Assembly: GCA_963728915.1 (NCBI GenBank)
Contig: CAVSLV010000001.1
Span: forward strand, 1,056,001-1,120,000
DNA: 64,000 bases
Direction of reading: 5' to 3'
Source of the DNA: an uncultured Gemmatimonadales bacterium
Lineage (GTDB): Bacteria; Gemmatimonadota; Gemmatimonadetes; Gemmatimonadales; GWC2-71-9
In this document: in pieces, positions 10,414-20,010 of the stretch
Layout of the letters: each line of letters starts with the position of its first letter
Numbering within the stretch: position 1 is the first letter of the stretch
Made by a program: the position numbers and the translations under genes
Notes under the pieces: model-generated
What the model was told of the DNA's origin: nothing
Seen by the model: only the letters and a program-made list of their open reading frames with translations
The model's database searches: none

Positions 10414-11286
10414 TCAGGCCTCGCCGACCTTGAAGCGGGCGAACTGCTTGACCGTAATATTGCCGCCCAGCTCCTTGCCAGCCGACTTGACCAGCTCACC
10501 GATGGTCCTGGTCTCGTCCTTCACGAACGACTGGCCCATCAGGGTCCGTTCCGCGACGAACTTGCGAACCTTGCCCTCGACGATCTTGGGACGGATCGCC
10601 TCGGGTTTCCCCTCGGCGGCGACCTGCTCCTCGGCAATCCGGCGCTCCCGGGCCAGAACGTCCGCCGGGATATCCACCTCATCCACCGCGAGCGGATCAG
10701 CCGAGGCGATGTGAAGCGCCAGGTCGCGGCCGAAGGCATTGAGCCCCTCGCCGGCCGGCCCTTCGATCTCGATCAGCACCCCGACCTGGTCATTGTGGTG
10801 CAAGTAGCTCTGCACCGTGCCCGCGCCCACCGCAAAGTGGGCCACCCGGCGGAACGAGGTCGCCTCGCCGGTGGTGCCGGCAAACTCCTTGATCGCCTCG
10901 GCGACGGTCTTGCCGGCGAACGGCTGGTGATCCAGCGCCGCGCCGAGGTGAACCCCATTGGGGGCGTGCCGGGCGGCGTGGGCGGCAAGGTCCCGGGCCA
11001 GTTTCTGGAACCCTTCGGTGCGCGCCACGAAATCGGTTTCACAATCGAGCTCGATCATCGCGACGTCACGATCCGCCTGCGTCGGGGTGATCACCACCAG
11101 ACCCTGGGCGGCCACCCGGCCGCCCCGCTTCTCCGCCTTGGCGATGCCCTTCCGCCGAAGGATCTCGACCGCCTTGTCCAGGTCTCCATTGGCCTCTTCC
11201 AGGGCGGCCTTGCAATCCATCATCCCCGCGCTGGTGCGGGCGCGAAGCTCGGCGATGTCCTTGGTCGAAACAGCCTTCGTTGTCAT
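10414..11286 (-). CDS. tsf: Elongation factor Ts
   Basis: ELRARTSAGMMDCKAAL, CETDFVA. Confidence 0.96.
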   Translation of the reverse strand: MTTKAVSTKDIAELRARTSAGMMDCKAALEEANGDLDKAVEILRRKGIAKAEKRGGRVAAQGLVVITPTQADRDVAMIELDCETDFVARTEGFQKLARDLAAHAARHAPNGVHLGAALDHQPFAGKTVAEAIKEFAGTTGEATSFRRVAHFAVGAGTVQSYLHHNDQVGVLIEIEGPAGEGLNAFGRDLALHIASADPLAVDEVDIPADVLARERRIAEEQVAAEGKPEAIRPKIVEGKVRKFVAERTLMGQSFVKDETRTIGELVKSAGKELGGNITVKQFARFKVGEA

Positions 11287-11337
11287 TGCGCTACCCGTGT
11301 TAAGTGTACCCATCTCACTGCTTCTCGGAACTTACCT

Positions 11338-11377
11338 ACAACAACGCCGCCCACGGCTCGGCAGCCATGCGCGGCGT
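11338..11377 (-). terminator. Long hairpin between rpsB and tsf (possible partial terminator or stability element)
   Basis: Minus strand ACGCCGC-GC-ATGGCT-GCCG-AGCCGT-GG-GCGGCGT followed by TGTTGT (weak U-tract). Confidence 0.45.
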
Positions 11378-11399
11378 GGAAGATCGGGACCCGCCGTGC

Positions 11400-12290
11400 T
11401 CAGCTGCTCGCCGCCCCGCTCGGGGTCGGTTCGCCGCTCTCTCCTTCGGTCTTGAGACGCGCCGCGATGGCTTCGGGCTTCGGGCGACGCTTCCGGGCTC
11501 CCGGCCGCCGGCGACGACGGTCGCTTTCCGAGTCGCCTTCAGTCCCGCCATCGGTGCTGTAGGTCTCCGCCTCGTCGTGCTCCACCGCTTCGCGGACCGG
11601 CACTTCGCGCCGGGCCTCCCCGATCACGTTGCAAAGCGCCGCGGTGATCAGCGACACCGACCGGATCGCGTCGTCGTTGCCGGGAATCGGCACCGTGATC
11701 ACGTCCGGATCCGCGTTGGTATCGACGATCGCCACCACCGGAATCCCGAGCTTGTTGGCTTCGAGAATGGCGATCCGCTCCTTCTTGGCGTCCACCACGA
11801 ACAGGGCGCCGGGAAGGCGTCCCATGTTCTTCAGGCCCTCGAGGTTCCGGGACAGCTTGACCCGCTCCCGCTCAAAGAGGAGCTTTTCCTTCTTGGTATA
11901 GCTGTCAAAATCGCCGTCGGTGCTCCCCTGCTCCAGGTCGCGGAGCCGGCGGATCTGCTTCTTGATCGTGGCAAAATTGGTCAGCGTGCCCCCCAGCCAC
12001 CGCTCGGTCACATAGTGGCACCCCGCGCTCTGGGCCTCGGCCTGGACCAGGGCCTTGAGCTGCTTCTTGGTGCACACGAACAGGACGTTGTCGCCACGCA
12101 TGACCACGCCGCGCAGCAGCTCCTGCGCCTTCTGAATCTGGCCGAGCGTCTTCTGAAGATCGATCAGGTAGATCCCGGAACGCTCCGCGAAGATGAAGCG
12201 GCGCATTTTCGGATTCCACCGTCGGGTCTGATGGCCGAAGTGAACTCCGGCGTCGAGAAGATCCTGGACCTGAGGGGTAGCGACTACCAC
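11400..12290 (-). CDS. rpsB: 30S ribosomal protein S2
   Basis: LLDAGVHFGHQTRRWNPKM, ERWLGGTLTN, PGNDDAIRS. Confidence 0.97.
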   Translation of the reverse strand: MVVATPQVQDLLDAGVHFGHQTRRWNPKMRRFIFAERSGIYLIDLQKTLGQIQKAQELLRGVVMRGDNVLFVCTKKQLKALVQAEAQSAGCHYVTERWLGGTLTNFATIKKQIRRLRDLEQGSTDGDFDSYTKKEKLLFERERVKLSRNLEGLKNMGRLPGALFVVDAKKERIAILEANKLGIPVVAIVDTNADPDVITVPIPGNDDAIRSVSLITAALCNVIGEARREVPVREAVEHDEAETYSTDGGTEGDSESDRRRRRPGARKRRPKPEAIAARLKTEGESGEPTPSGAASS

Positions 12291-12308
12291 GTGTCTCCTT
12301 TCATGTCC

Positions 12309-12707
12309 TTACCGTTTGCTGAACTGGAACCGCTTTCGCGCCCCGGGCCGGCCCGGCTTCTTTCGCTCAACCTGTCGGGGGTCCCGGGTGAGCAGGCCGG
12401 AGCCACGGAGCTTGGTACGGTGCAGCGAATCCGCCATGACCAGCGCCCGGGCAATGCCGAGGCGTAGAGCGCCCGCTTGCCCAGCCTGCCCCCCGCCGTC
12501 GACGTGGGCCCGCACATCAAAGGCGCCCAGGGTATCGGTCGCGGTGAACGCCTGCTGAATGTGCTGCACCAGCGAGGGCCGCGGGAAATAGTCTCCCAGG
12601 TTCCGGCCGTTGATCTCCCACTTCCCGGTGCCTGGCGTGAGGTAGACCCTCGCCACGCTGGTCTTGCGCCGGCCGACCCCCTGCCACCGGAACTGATCTT
12701 CCTTCAT
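12309..12707 (-). CDS. rpsI: 30S ribosomal protein S9
   Basis: GRRKTSVARV, LLTRDPRQVERKKPG, QFSKR C-terminus. Confidence 0.98.
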   Translation of the reverse strand: MKEDQFRWQGVGRRKTSVARVYLTPGTGKWEINGRNLGDYFPRPSLVQHIQQAFTATDTLGAFDVRAHVDGGGQAGQAGALRLGIARALVMADSLHRTKLRGSGLLTRDPRQVERKKPGRPGARKRFQFSKR

Positions 12708-13147
12708 GCGCTCACCTTCACGGCAAAGGGCCTGGGCTGCTGCGCGGCGTGGGGATGCTCGGCGCCGGAGTAGACCTTGAGCTTGTGACGAAGCCGCTGC
12801 TTCGACAAGGAGTTCTTGGGCAGCATCCCGAACACCGCCTTCTCGACGACCCGATCTGGATGTTTCTCCAGCAGGTCGCGCAACGGGGTGAACCGCTCGT
12901 GCCCCATGTATCCGGTGTGCCGGAAATACACCTTGGTCTCGAGCTTGTTTCCGGTAACCCGGATTTTCGCCGCATTGACCACGACGACGAAGTCACCGCC
13001 ATCCATGTGCGGCGTGAAGGTCGGCTTGTGCTTGCCCCGGATGAGCTGAGCCACCGTGCTGGCGAGGCGGCCCAAAGGGACTCCTTCCGCATCCACGACG
13101 TGCCAATCATGCCGGATATCCGCCGGCCGTGCAGAAAACGTCTTCAT
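12704..13147 (-). CDS. rplM: 50S ribosomal protein L13
   Basis: WHVVDAEG..LGRLAS, GKHKPTFTPH.DGGD, HPHAAQQP. Confidence 0.97.
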   Translation of the reverse strand: MKTFSARPADIRHDWHVVDAEGVPLGRLASTVAQLIRGKHKPTFTPHMDGGDFVVVVNAAKIRVTGNKLETKVYFRHTGYMGHERFTPLRDLLEKHPDRVVEKAVFGMLPKNSLSKQRLRHKLKVYSGAEHPHAAQQPRPFAVKVSA

Positions 13148-13192
13148 TCGACCCCGGTTTCGAGGACAAAAAAACTTCCAAACCAGCATGGC

Positions 13193-13222
13193 AAGCTAAC
13201 ACGTTGCAATGGGTTAGGTCAA
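13193..13222 (-). promoter_or_regulatory. Putative sigma70 promoter of the rplM operon
   Basis: TTGACC-N18-TAGCTT with a TG extended -10 element. Confidence 0.55.
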
Positions 13223-13734
13223 GCTGAAGGAGGGTCTTCCCGGAAGCTGATCAGCAGGTCGCCCTTTTCCACCGGCTGACCCGGCCGAACATGCACCTGT
13301 TCGATGACGGCGCGGGCGGCAGCCTTGAGGTCGTTCTCCATCTTCATGGCTTCGAGGACGACCAGGCTGGATCCTTCTTCCACCTCCTGCCCGGGAGCGG
13401 CCGGCACCCTGATCACCAGCCCCGGCATCGGGGCCATGAGGGGCCGGATGGTGCGCTCGGCGCCGGAACCTGCCCGGAGCCGGCGGGCCCGCTCGGCTCG
13501 CTCGTCGAGCACCAGGACCTCCCGACGATCACCGTAGATCGAAACGACCCATTTGCGATCATCGGCAGGCTCCACCACCACGGGGAAGCGCTGGCCCTCG
13601 AGCTCGAGCACGTGACCGGGGGAGTCGTCGAACCGCTGGAGGCGAACGCGGTGCGCGACGCCATCAATGACCACCCCGTCCTTCACGATCTCGACGACGT
13701 ACCGATGGCCGTGGAGCTCCACGATGTAATTCAT
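13219..13734 (-). CDS. Biotin carboxyl carrier subunit of an acyl-CoA carboxylase (BT-like plus biotinyl domain)
   Basis: APMPGLV...LEAMKMEN biotinylation motif. Confidence 0.9.
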   Translation of the reverse strand: MNYIVELHGHRYVVEIVKDGVVIDGVAHRVRLQRFDDSPGHVLELEGQRFPVVVEPADDRKWVVSIYGDRREVLVLDERAERARRLRAGSGAERTIRPLMAPMPGLVIRVPAAPGQEVEEGSSLVVLEAMKMENDLKAAARAVIEQVHVRPGQPVEKGDLLISFREDPPSA

Positions 13735-14960
13735 CGCGGCTCCAGCGTGGCCACGGTTTCCACGTGGGCCGTCTGGGGAAAGAGATCGAAGCAGGCAAGA
13801 TCGACCAAACGGCAGGCGGAACCGAGCCGCCCGAGATCCCGGGCCAGGGTTGCCGGATCACAGGAGACATAGACCAGCCGCCTGAGCGACGCGGCGGTCA
13901 AGTGTGCGGCCACCGAATCGGCGAGGCCGGTCCGGGGAGGATTGACAATCGCCGCTCCAGCCGGCCTGAGTCTTCCGATCAGGTCCTCGACGTGACCGGC
14001 GTGACGCGTGATCCCCTGGGCCGGACCCCGTTCCTCGGCAAGGCGCACCGCACGAGGATCGAGCTCGACGCTCTCAATGGTGGGTGGAACCACGCCATGA
14101 AGCAGCGCGGTGGTTTCACCGATCCCGGCGTAGAGATCCCACACGTGGAGCCCCGAGAGGTCGCCAAGCTGGCCCACCGCATAGGCGCGGACCCGATCGC
14201 CCATGACCGGGTGGATCTGCTCGAACACCGTGGCCGGATAGGCATCATCGGCGCCGAACACCGCCCTGGCAACGCCGCCTTCGGGTTCCCACCACAGCGT
14301 GGTGGGCAGGTCGCTCTCCTGAAGGGCTGTCCCGAGCTCCGCCGCCCCGGTCCAGACCCGGGTTCCCCGGGTCTTCACGATCGCATGGGTATTCCCTGCT
14401 CGATCGACGCGGAGCACCAGGCGCTCCGCGTTCCGGGGCAACAGGTCCCGCCGGGCGCGGATGCTTCCCCACCGGGCATTGAGCTCCGGCCGGGCGATGG
14501 GGCAGCGGGTTAGGTCGAAGACCCGGTCCGCCCGATCCAGGGGATGAAACCCGATCCCGCCCGGCCCGATCGCCAGGGTGATCCGGGTCCGGTATTCCCA
14601 CTCCCGGTCACTCGGCGCGAGGCCGGGGTCCGGGACGGCGAGATGGCCGATCCTCCGAAGGGCGTCGCCGACCAGGCGCCGTCGGGCGGCGCGCTGCGGG
14701 TCGGCTCCCAGGTGCTGAAGCTGGCATCCGCCGCATTCGTCGCCATCGTAATGCGGGCAGGCAGGCGGGACCCGCTCGGGAGAGGGCTCGATGATGGTGT
14801 CCAACCGGGCCCGGGCGAACCTGCGCGAGGGTCGGACATCCCGCAGGGTAACCAGGTCGCCGGGAGCCGTCCGGGGCACGAAAACGACGCGTCCGTCGGG
14901 AAGGGTCCCCACGCCATCGCCCCCCGCGGCGATCCCATGAACCCGAATGGGGTCGGTCAC
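13731..14960 (-). CDS. RlmD/TrmA-family RNA (uracil-5-)methyltransferase with TRAM domain
   Basis: N-terminal TRAM, CPHY..ECGGCQLQH Fe-S motif, DLYAGIG, YVSCDPATLARD, FPQTAHVE. Confidence 0.9.
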   Translation of the reverse strand: MTDPIRVHGIAAGGDGVGTLPDGRVVFVPRTAPGDLVTLRDVRPSRRFARARLDTIIEPSPERVPPACPHYDGDECGGCQLQHLGADPQRAARRRLVGDALRRIGHLAVPDPGLAPSDREWEYRTRITLAIGPGGIGFHPLDRADRVFDLTRCPIARPELNARWGSIRARRDLLPRNAERLVLRVDRAGNTHAIVKTRGTRVWTGAAELGTALQESDLPTTLWWEPEGGVARAVFGADDAYPATVFEQIHPVMGDRVRAYAVGQLGDLSGLHVWDLYAGIGETTALLHGVVPPTIESVELDPRAVRLAEERGPAQGITRHAGHVEDLIGRLRPAGAAIVNPPRTGLADSVAAHLTAASLRRLVYVSCDPATLARDLGRLGSACRLVDLACFDLFPQTAHVETVATLEPR

Positions 14961-16480
14961 TGCAGCGCGTCGAGCCGGCTTTGCCCCAGCCAGCGTTCCG
15001 TCGCGATCGGGCTCCCCGCCGCGGGGGAGACCCGGGCCTGGGACGGCCCACCCTCGTGTTCCGCCAGCACCGCGGCAGCGATCGAGGCGATGGTGGCGAC
15101 GGATTCCCGCCCGGACTCGAGGAGGTCGGGTCGCCGGTCCAGGAATCCGATGTCCACTTCGCCCTGGGCAAAGTCCGGGTCGGCAAGCAAACGACGCAGA
15201 AATCCCTGATTGGTCGCCACGCCGGCAATCACCATCTCCTCGACCGCCCGACGCATCCGACGGATGGCCCCGGCGCGGCTTTCCGCATGCACCACAAGCT
15301 TCGCGAGCAGACTGTCGTAATACAGACCGATCTCATCGCCAGGCTGAATGCCGGCGTCCCAGCGAATCCCGGGACCGGCCGGGGCGTGGAGATAGCTGAT
15401 CCGACCGGTCGCGGGCAGAAAACCGTTTTCGGGATCCTCCGCCGTGATCCGGCACTCGATGGCATGCCCCCGGGGATGGAGCGGCCATTCGGAAACCGAC
15501 ATGCCGAGTCCGCGGGCAATACGAAGTTGCTCCCGGACCAGATCGACGGCATACACCAGCTCGGTGACCGGATGCTCGACCTGGATCCGGGTATTCATTT
15601 CCAGGAAATAGAACGTCTCGTCGGGTGCGAGGAGGAACTCGCAGGTCCCCGCCCCTCGATAGCCCACGGCGGTCGCGGCCGCCATGGCCGCCTGCCCCAT
15701 GCTGCGGCGGAGCTGGGGAGTCACGACCAGACAGGGCGCCTCCTCCACGACCTTCTGATGGCGCCGCTGAATAGAGCATTCGCGCTCCCCCAGATAAATG
15801 GTCTTCTGAAAGTCCGCCAGGACCTGGATCTCCACGTGGCGAGGATGCTCGATCAGTTTTTCGAGATAGACCGCCCCATCGCCGAACGCCTTGAGGGCTT
15901 CCGACGAAGCGGTCGCGACGGCTGACCCGAGCTCGGCGGTAGCGCGCGCGATGCGCATGCCCCGGCCCCCGCCACCCGCGGCGGCCTTGACGAGGACCGG
16001 ATAGCCGAGCTCGGCGGCGAGTTCCCGGGCGGACCTGGGGTCACCGATGGGGGCCACGCCGCCGGGAACGATCGGTACCGCCGCCTCCTTCATTCTTCGC
16101 CGGGCCTCGATCTTGTCGCCCATCGCGCGGATGGCGCTCGGGGGAGGCCCGACCCAGACCAGTCCGGCCTCCTCGACCGCTTCGGCAAACTCGGCGCGTT
16201 CCGAGAGAAACCCGTATCCGGGATGGATCGCCTGCGCGTCCGCCGCGCGCGCCGCGTCGAGCAGCCGCCCGATGTTGAGGTAACTCTCCGCCGCGGGCGC
16301 CGGACCAAGCCGTATCGCCGCGTCGGCCATGCGCACGAAGAGGCTCGACCGGTCCGCATCGGAAAACACCGCCACGGCCTCAAGACCTTCTTCATGGCAG
16401 GCCCGCACAATCCGCACGGCGATTTCGCCACGGTTGGCAATCAGGACGCGCTCGACTTTCACGCGGGCCGGCTCCTCCAT
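14957..16480 (-). CDS. accC: Biotin carboxylase subunit (acetyl/propionyl-CoA carboxylase alpha)
   Basis: LIANRGEIA, HPGYGFLSE, GGGGRGM, ERECSIQRRHQK, EMNTRIQVEHPVTE. Start may be the GTG at 16462. Confidence 0.9.
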   Translation of the reverse strand: MEEPARVKVERVLIANRGEIAVRIVRACHEEGLEAVAVFSDADRSSLFVRMADAAIRLGPAPAAESYLNIGRLLDAARAADAQAIHPGYGFLSERAEFAEAVEEAGLVWVGPPPSAIRAMGDKIEARRRMKEAAVPIVPGGVAPIGDPRSARELAAELGYPVLVKAAAGGGGRGMRIARATAELGSAVATASSEALKAFGDGAVYLEKLIEHPRHVEIQVLADFQKTIYLGERECSIQRRHQKVVEEAPCLVVTPQLRRSMGQAAMAAATAVGYRGAGTCEFLLAPDETFYFLEMNTRIQVEHPVTELVYAVDLVREQLRIARGLGMSVSEWPLHPRGHAIECRITAEDPENGFLPATGRISYLHAPAGPGIRWDAGIQPGDEIGLYYDSLLAKLVVHAESRAGAIRRMRRAVEEMVIAGVATNQGFLRRLLADPDFAQGEVDIGFLDRRPDLLESGRESVATIASIAAAVLAEHEGGPSQARVSPAAGSPIATERWLGQSRLDALQ

Positions 16481-16529
16481 TCGGGGCCTCTAGCTTAGCA
16501 CAATGCCGGAGCGGGGGGTACGTTAGATC

Positions 16530-17429
16530 ATGCCTCATCAATCCCACGCGATCCTCGGCGCCGGCGGAGTGGGCGGTTTCGTCGGTACGCTGCTCGCGGC
16601 GGCCGGCGACAAGGTCATCGTCCTCGCTCGCCGGGAGCGGGTGGCCGGCTATCCCGGCTCGCTCACCCTGGAGAGCTCGTTCGGAAACCGTCGGGGACGA
16701 TGCACCGTGACGGACCAGCTTTCCGAGGAAGTCGATATCCTCTGGGTGGCGCCGAAGGCCACCCAGCTTCAGGAGTCGCTTCACGCCGTCCCCGAGCCTC
16801 GCCTGGCCAGCTCGGTCGTGCCCCTCCTCAACGGCGTCGACCATGTCGCGATCCTGCGCGAACGTTTCGGGCATGACGCGGTGTTGCCGGGCACCATTGC
16901 CGCCGAACTGGAACGGACCGCTCCGGGGCACTTCGTCCAGCGCTCGCCATTCGCCCGGTTCGGTTTCATCACCCGGGCGGAACCCGTCCTGCGGGGTTGC
17001 GTGGAGATCTTCACCGGGTTCGGGGCGAGCTGCGCCTTCGAAGTGGATGAGACCACGTTGCTCTGGCGCAAGCTCGCGTTACTGGCCCCGATGGCGCTCA
17101 CCACCACGGCCTACGCGCGCTCGATCGGCGAGATCAGGGACGATCCCGCGCTGGAGGAGCAACTCGAGGCCGCCATCCGGGAGGCGGGGGCCGTCGCCGT
17201 CGCGGAAGGCGCGCAGGTCGATGTGGAACAGACGCTCGGGTTTCTCCGGGGCGCGCCGGCCGGACTCCGAAGCTCGATGCAGAAGGATGTGGAAGGCGGG
17301 CGTCCTCCGGAGCTGGACGGCATCGGTGGCCCGATCCTCCGAGGCGCCCGGCGTCATGGGCTTGCCGCTCCGGTCACCGCAGCGCTGATGGAACGGATTC
17401 AGCCGGGAGCATCCCGGTTGGATCGCTGA
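16530..17429 (+). CDS. Ketopantoate reductase (PanE/ApbA) family dehydrogenase
   Basis: ILGAGGVG, LLNGV, LWRKL, SSMQKD..GR..ELD. Confidence 0.88.
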   Translation: MPHQSHAILGAGGVGGFVGTLLAAAGDKVIVLARRERVAGYPGSLTLESSFGNRRGRCTVTDQLSEEVDILWVAPKATQLQESLHAVPEPRLASSVVPLLNGVDHVAILRERFGHDAVLPGTIAAELERTAPGHFVQRSPFARFGFITRAEPVLRGCVEIFTGFGASCAFEVDETTLLWRKLALLAPMALTTTAYARSIGEIRDDPALEEQLEAAIREAGAVAVAEGAQVDVEQTLGFLRGAPAGLRSSMQKDVEGGRPPELDGIGGPILRGARRHGLAAPVTAALMERIQPGASRLDR

Positions 17430-17470
17430 ATTCTCCGCGCTACTTTCAGCCCCATCCCCTCGGAGACTGC

Positions 17471-19579
17471 ATGCCGGTCGTCGGCGCCAGCGTCCCCCGA
17501 AAAGACGGCATTGGCAAGGCCACCGGTGCGGCCCGTTACGCCGATGACCTGGTGTTCCCGGGGATGCTCCACGGCCGGACTATCCGGTCGACCATTCCCA
17601 ACGGAACCATCCGGTCGATCCGGCTCGACTTCGACCGGGACGGCTTCACCATCGTCGACTACCGCGACATTCCCGGCCGCAATGTGGTTGCCCTGATCGA
17701 GGATGATCAGCCATTTCTGGTCGAGCACGAGATCCGCCACTTCGCCGAGCCCATTCTGCTGCTGGCCCATCGGGACCGGGAACGGCTCCTGGAGGCCCGG
17801 GTCGCGATCGAGTACGACGAAGCCGCGCCGCTCCTCGATCCCGAGAGGTCGACCGGCGTGTTCAAGTCCATCGACATCCTCAAAGGAAATCTCGAGGACG
17901 GGTTCGCCAGGGGCGACAAGGTGATTGCCGGGGAATACCGGACCGGTCACCAGGAGCACGTTTACATCGAGTGCAACGGCGTGGTCGCGGTGCCCGAAGA
18001 TGATGGAGTGGCCATCCACGGATCGATGCAGTGCCCGTTCTACGTGGTGAAAGCCCTCAAGAGTCTGCTGGGCCCCGAGGCCCGGCTTCGCGTGGTGCAG
18101 ACCGAGACGGGGGGCGGCTTCGGCGGCAAAGAGGAGTATCCCTCGATGCTGGCGGGACACGCCGCACTGCTCGCCCTCAAATCGGGCCGGCCGGTCAAGA
18201 TGATCTACGACCGGCTGGAGGACATGGTCGCGACGACCAAGCGGCATCCGTCCATCGTCCGGCACCGTACCGCCGTCACCAGCGACGGCCTGCTCACCGC
18301 GATGGAGATCGATGTCCTGCTCGACGGGGGGGCCTACGCGACGCTGAGTCCGGTGGTGCTCTCGCGCGGCTGCATCCATGCCGCGGGTCCATACCGGTGC
18401 GATCACATCGCGATCCATGGCCGAGCGGTATTCACCAATACGCCGCCCAACGGTGCGTTCCGCGGGTTTGGCGCTCCCCAGACGGAATTCGCGATCGAAG
18501 TTCACATGGACCGCATTGCGGAGGCGCTCGGCCTGGATCCTGTCGAGCTCAGACGCCGCAACGCGCTTCGCCCCGGGGACACGACCGCCACCGGGCAGAT
18601 TCTCAAGGAAGACTCCAGTGCGCATTCGGTGCTGGAGGAGGCGGTGCGCCGGACCGGATTCTCCCGGAAGCGGGTGGAGTGGCGCGGCACCGCGCGGGGG
18701 ATCGGGCTGGCGCTGTTCTATCACGGCGCGGGATTCACCGGCAGCGGCGAACGCACCCTCCGATCGAGGGCTCGACTGGTCCTGACGCCGAACGGGGTAC
18801 GGATCGCGGTCGGCAGCACCGAGATCGGCCAGGGCACCCGAACCATGCACGCCCAGATCGTCGCCGATGCGCTGGGAATTCCCTATGAGTCGGTGGAGGT
18901 GGCCCAACCCGACACCGCGGTGGTCGCGGACAGCGGGCCGACCGTCGCGTCCCGCACCTGTATGGTGGTGGGCAAGATCCTCGAGGAGTGCGCCGAGGAG
19001 CTCAAGGCGACGCTGAACGGCGAGCCGCTGACCGAGGCGTATGCCCGGCTGGGGCCGATCCCGGTCGAACGGATGTACGAACCGCCGGCCTGGATCCAGT
19101 GGGACGAGACCAGCTATTGCGGCGACGCATACGCCACGTACGGCTGGGGCTGTGACGTAGTCGAGCTCGAGGTGGATCCGGTGACCGCCGAAGTGAAGCT
19201 CCTCCAGGTCACGGCGGTACAGGAATTCGGCCGTCCCATCCATCCCGCTCTCGCCCAGGGACAGGTAGAGGGGGGAACGGTGCAGGGCCTGGGCTACGCC
19301 CTGCTCGAACACGTGGTCATGTCCGACGGTCGCATGGCAAACGGTCAGCTCACCAACTACATCATTCCCACCACGCTGGACACGCCGCCGCTCGATATCG
19401 TGATGCTCGAGAACCCCTACCCGGGCGGTCCATTCGGCGCCAAGGGCGTGGGCGAGCTACCGATGGATGGACCGGCACCCGCGGTGGTGAATGCCCTGCG
19501 CTCGATGGGTTACGACGCCCGGTGCATCCCGGTCACCCCCGAAGTCCTTTCGACGGTCGCGAGGCGGAGCCCGGCGTGA
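17471..19579 (+). CDS. Xanthine dehydrogenase family molybdopterin-binding subunit
   Basis: GGGFGGKEE, AFRGFGAPQ, EIGQG, SRT, GQVEGG, GAKGVGE. Lies in the purine catabolic operon. Confidence 0.9.
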   Translation: MPVVGASVPRKDGIGKATGAARYADDLVFPGMLHGRTIRSTIPNGTIRSIRLDFDRDGFTIVDYRDIPGRNVVALIEDDQPFLVEHEIRHFAEPILLLAHRDRERLLEARVAIEYDEAAPLLDPERSTGVFKSIDILKGNLEDGFARGDKVIAGEYRTGHQEHVYIECNGVVAVPEDDGVAIHGSMQCPFYVVKALKSLLGPEARLRVVQTETGGGFGGKEEYPSMLAGHAALLALKSGRPVKMIYDRLEDMVATTKRHPSIVRHRTAVTSDGLLTAMEIDVLLDGGAYATLSPVVLSRGCIHAAGPYRCDHIAIHGRAVFTNTPPNGAFRGFGAPQTEFAIEVHMDRIAEALGLDPVELRRRNALRPGDTTATGQILKEDSSAHSVLEEAVRRTGFSRKRVEWRGTARGIGLALFYHGAGFTGSGERTLRSRARLVLTPNGVRIAVGSTEIGQGTRTMHAQIVADALGIPYESVEVAQPDTAVVADSGPTVASRTCMVVGKILEECAEELKATLNGEPLTEAYARLGPIPVERMYEPPAWIQWDETSYCGDAYATYGWGCDVVELEVDPVTAEVKLLQVTAVQEFGRPIHPALAQGQVEGGTVQGLGYALLEHVVMSDGRMANGQLTNYIIPTTLDTPPLDIVMLENPYPGGPFGAKGVGELPMDGPAPAVVNALRSMGYDARCIPVTPEVLSTVARRSPA

Positions 19580-20010
19580 AGTTCCATCTCAACGGCAAGC
19601 CGGTGGACGTCGCGGCCCACCCGATGGCGCGCCTCCTCGACGTGTTGCGGGAGGAGTGCCAGCTCACCGGCACCAAGGAAGGCTGTGGCGAGGGGGAATG
19701 CGGGGCCTGCACGGTCCTGCTCGACCGAGAGCCGGTCTGTTCCTGCCTGGTCCCCCTGGCGCAGGCGGAAGGCCGGGCAGTGGAAACGATCGAGGGTCTG
19801 AGCGCCGAGCATCCGCTCCCCGTGTTGTTCATGGACGAAGTCGGGGCCCAGTGCGGAATCTGTACCCCCGGAATGATCATGACGGCCCTGTCGCTCCCCC
19901 CGGAGGCGACGTTCGAAGAAATTCGAACCGCCTTGGCGGGGAACCTGTGTCGCTGTACCGGGTACGCCGCCATCTACCGCGCCCTGGAGAAATGGCAGGA
20001 AGGGCGATGA
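19576..20010 (+). CDS. Xanthine dehydrogenase family 2Fe-2S subunit
   Basis: GTKEGCGEGECGAC, QCGICTPG, GNLCRCTGY. GTGA overlap with the previous gene. Confidence 0.92.
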   Translation: MKFHLNGKPVDVAAHPMARLLDVLREECQLTGTKEGCGEGECGACTVLLDREPVCSCLVPLAQAEGRAVETIEGLSAEHPLPVLFMDEVGAQCGICTPGMIMTALSLPPEATFEEIRTALAGNLCRCTGYAAIYRALEKWQEGR

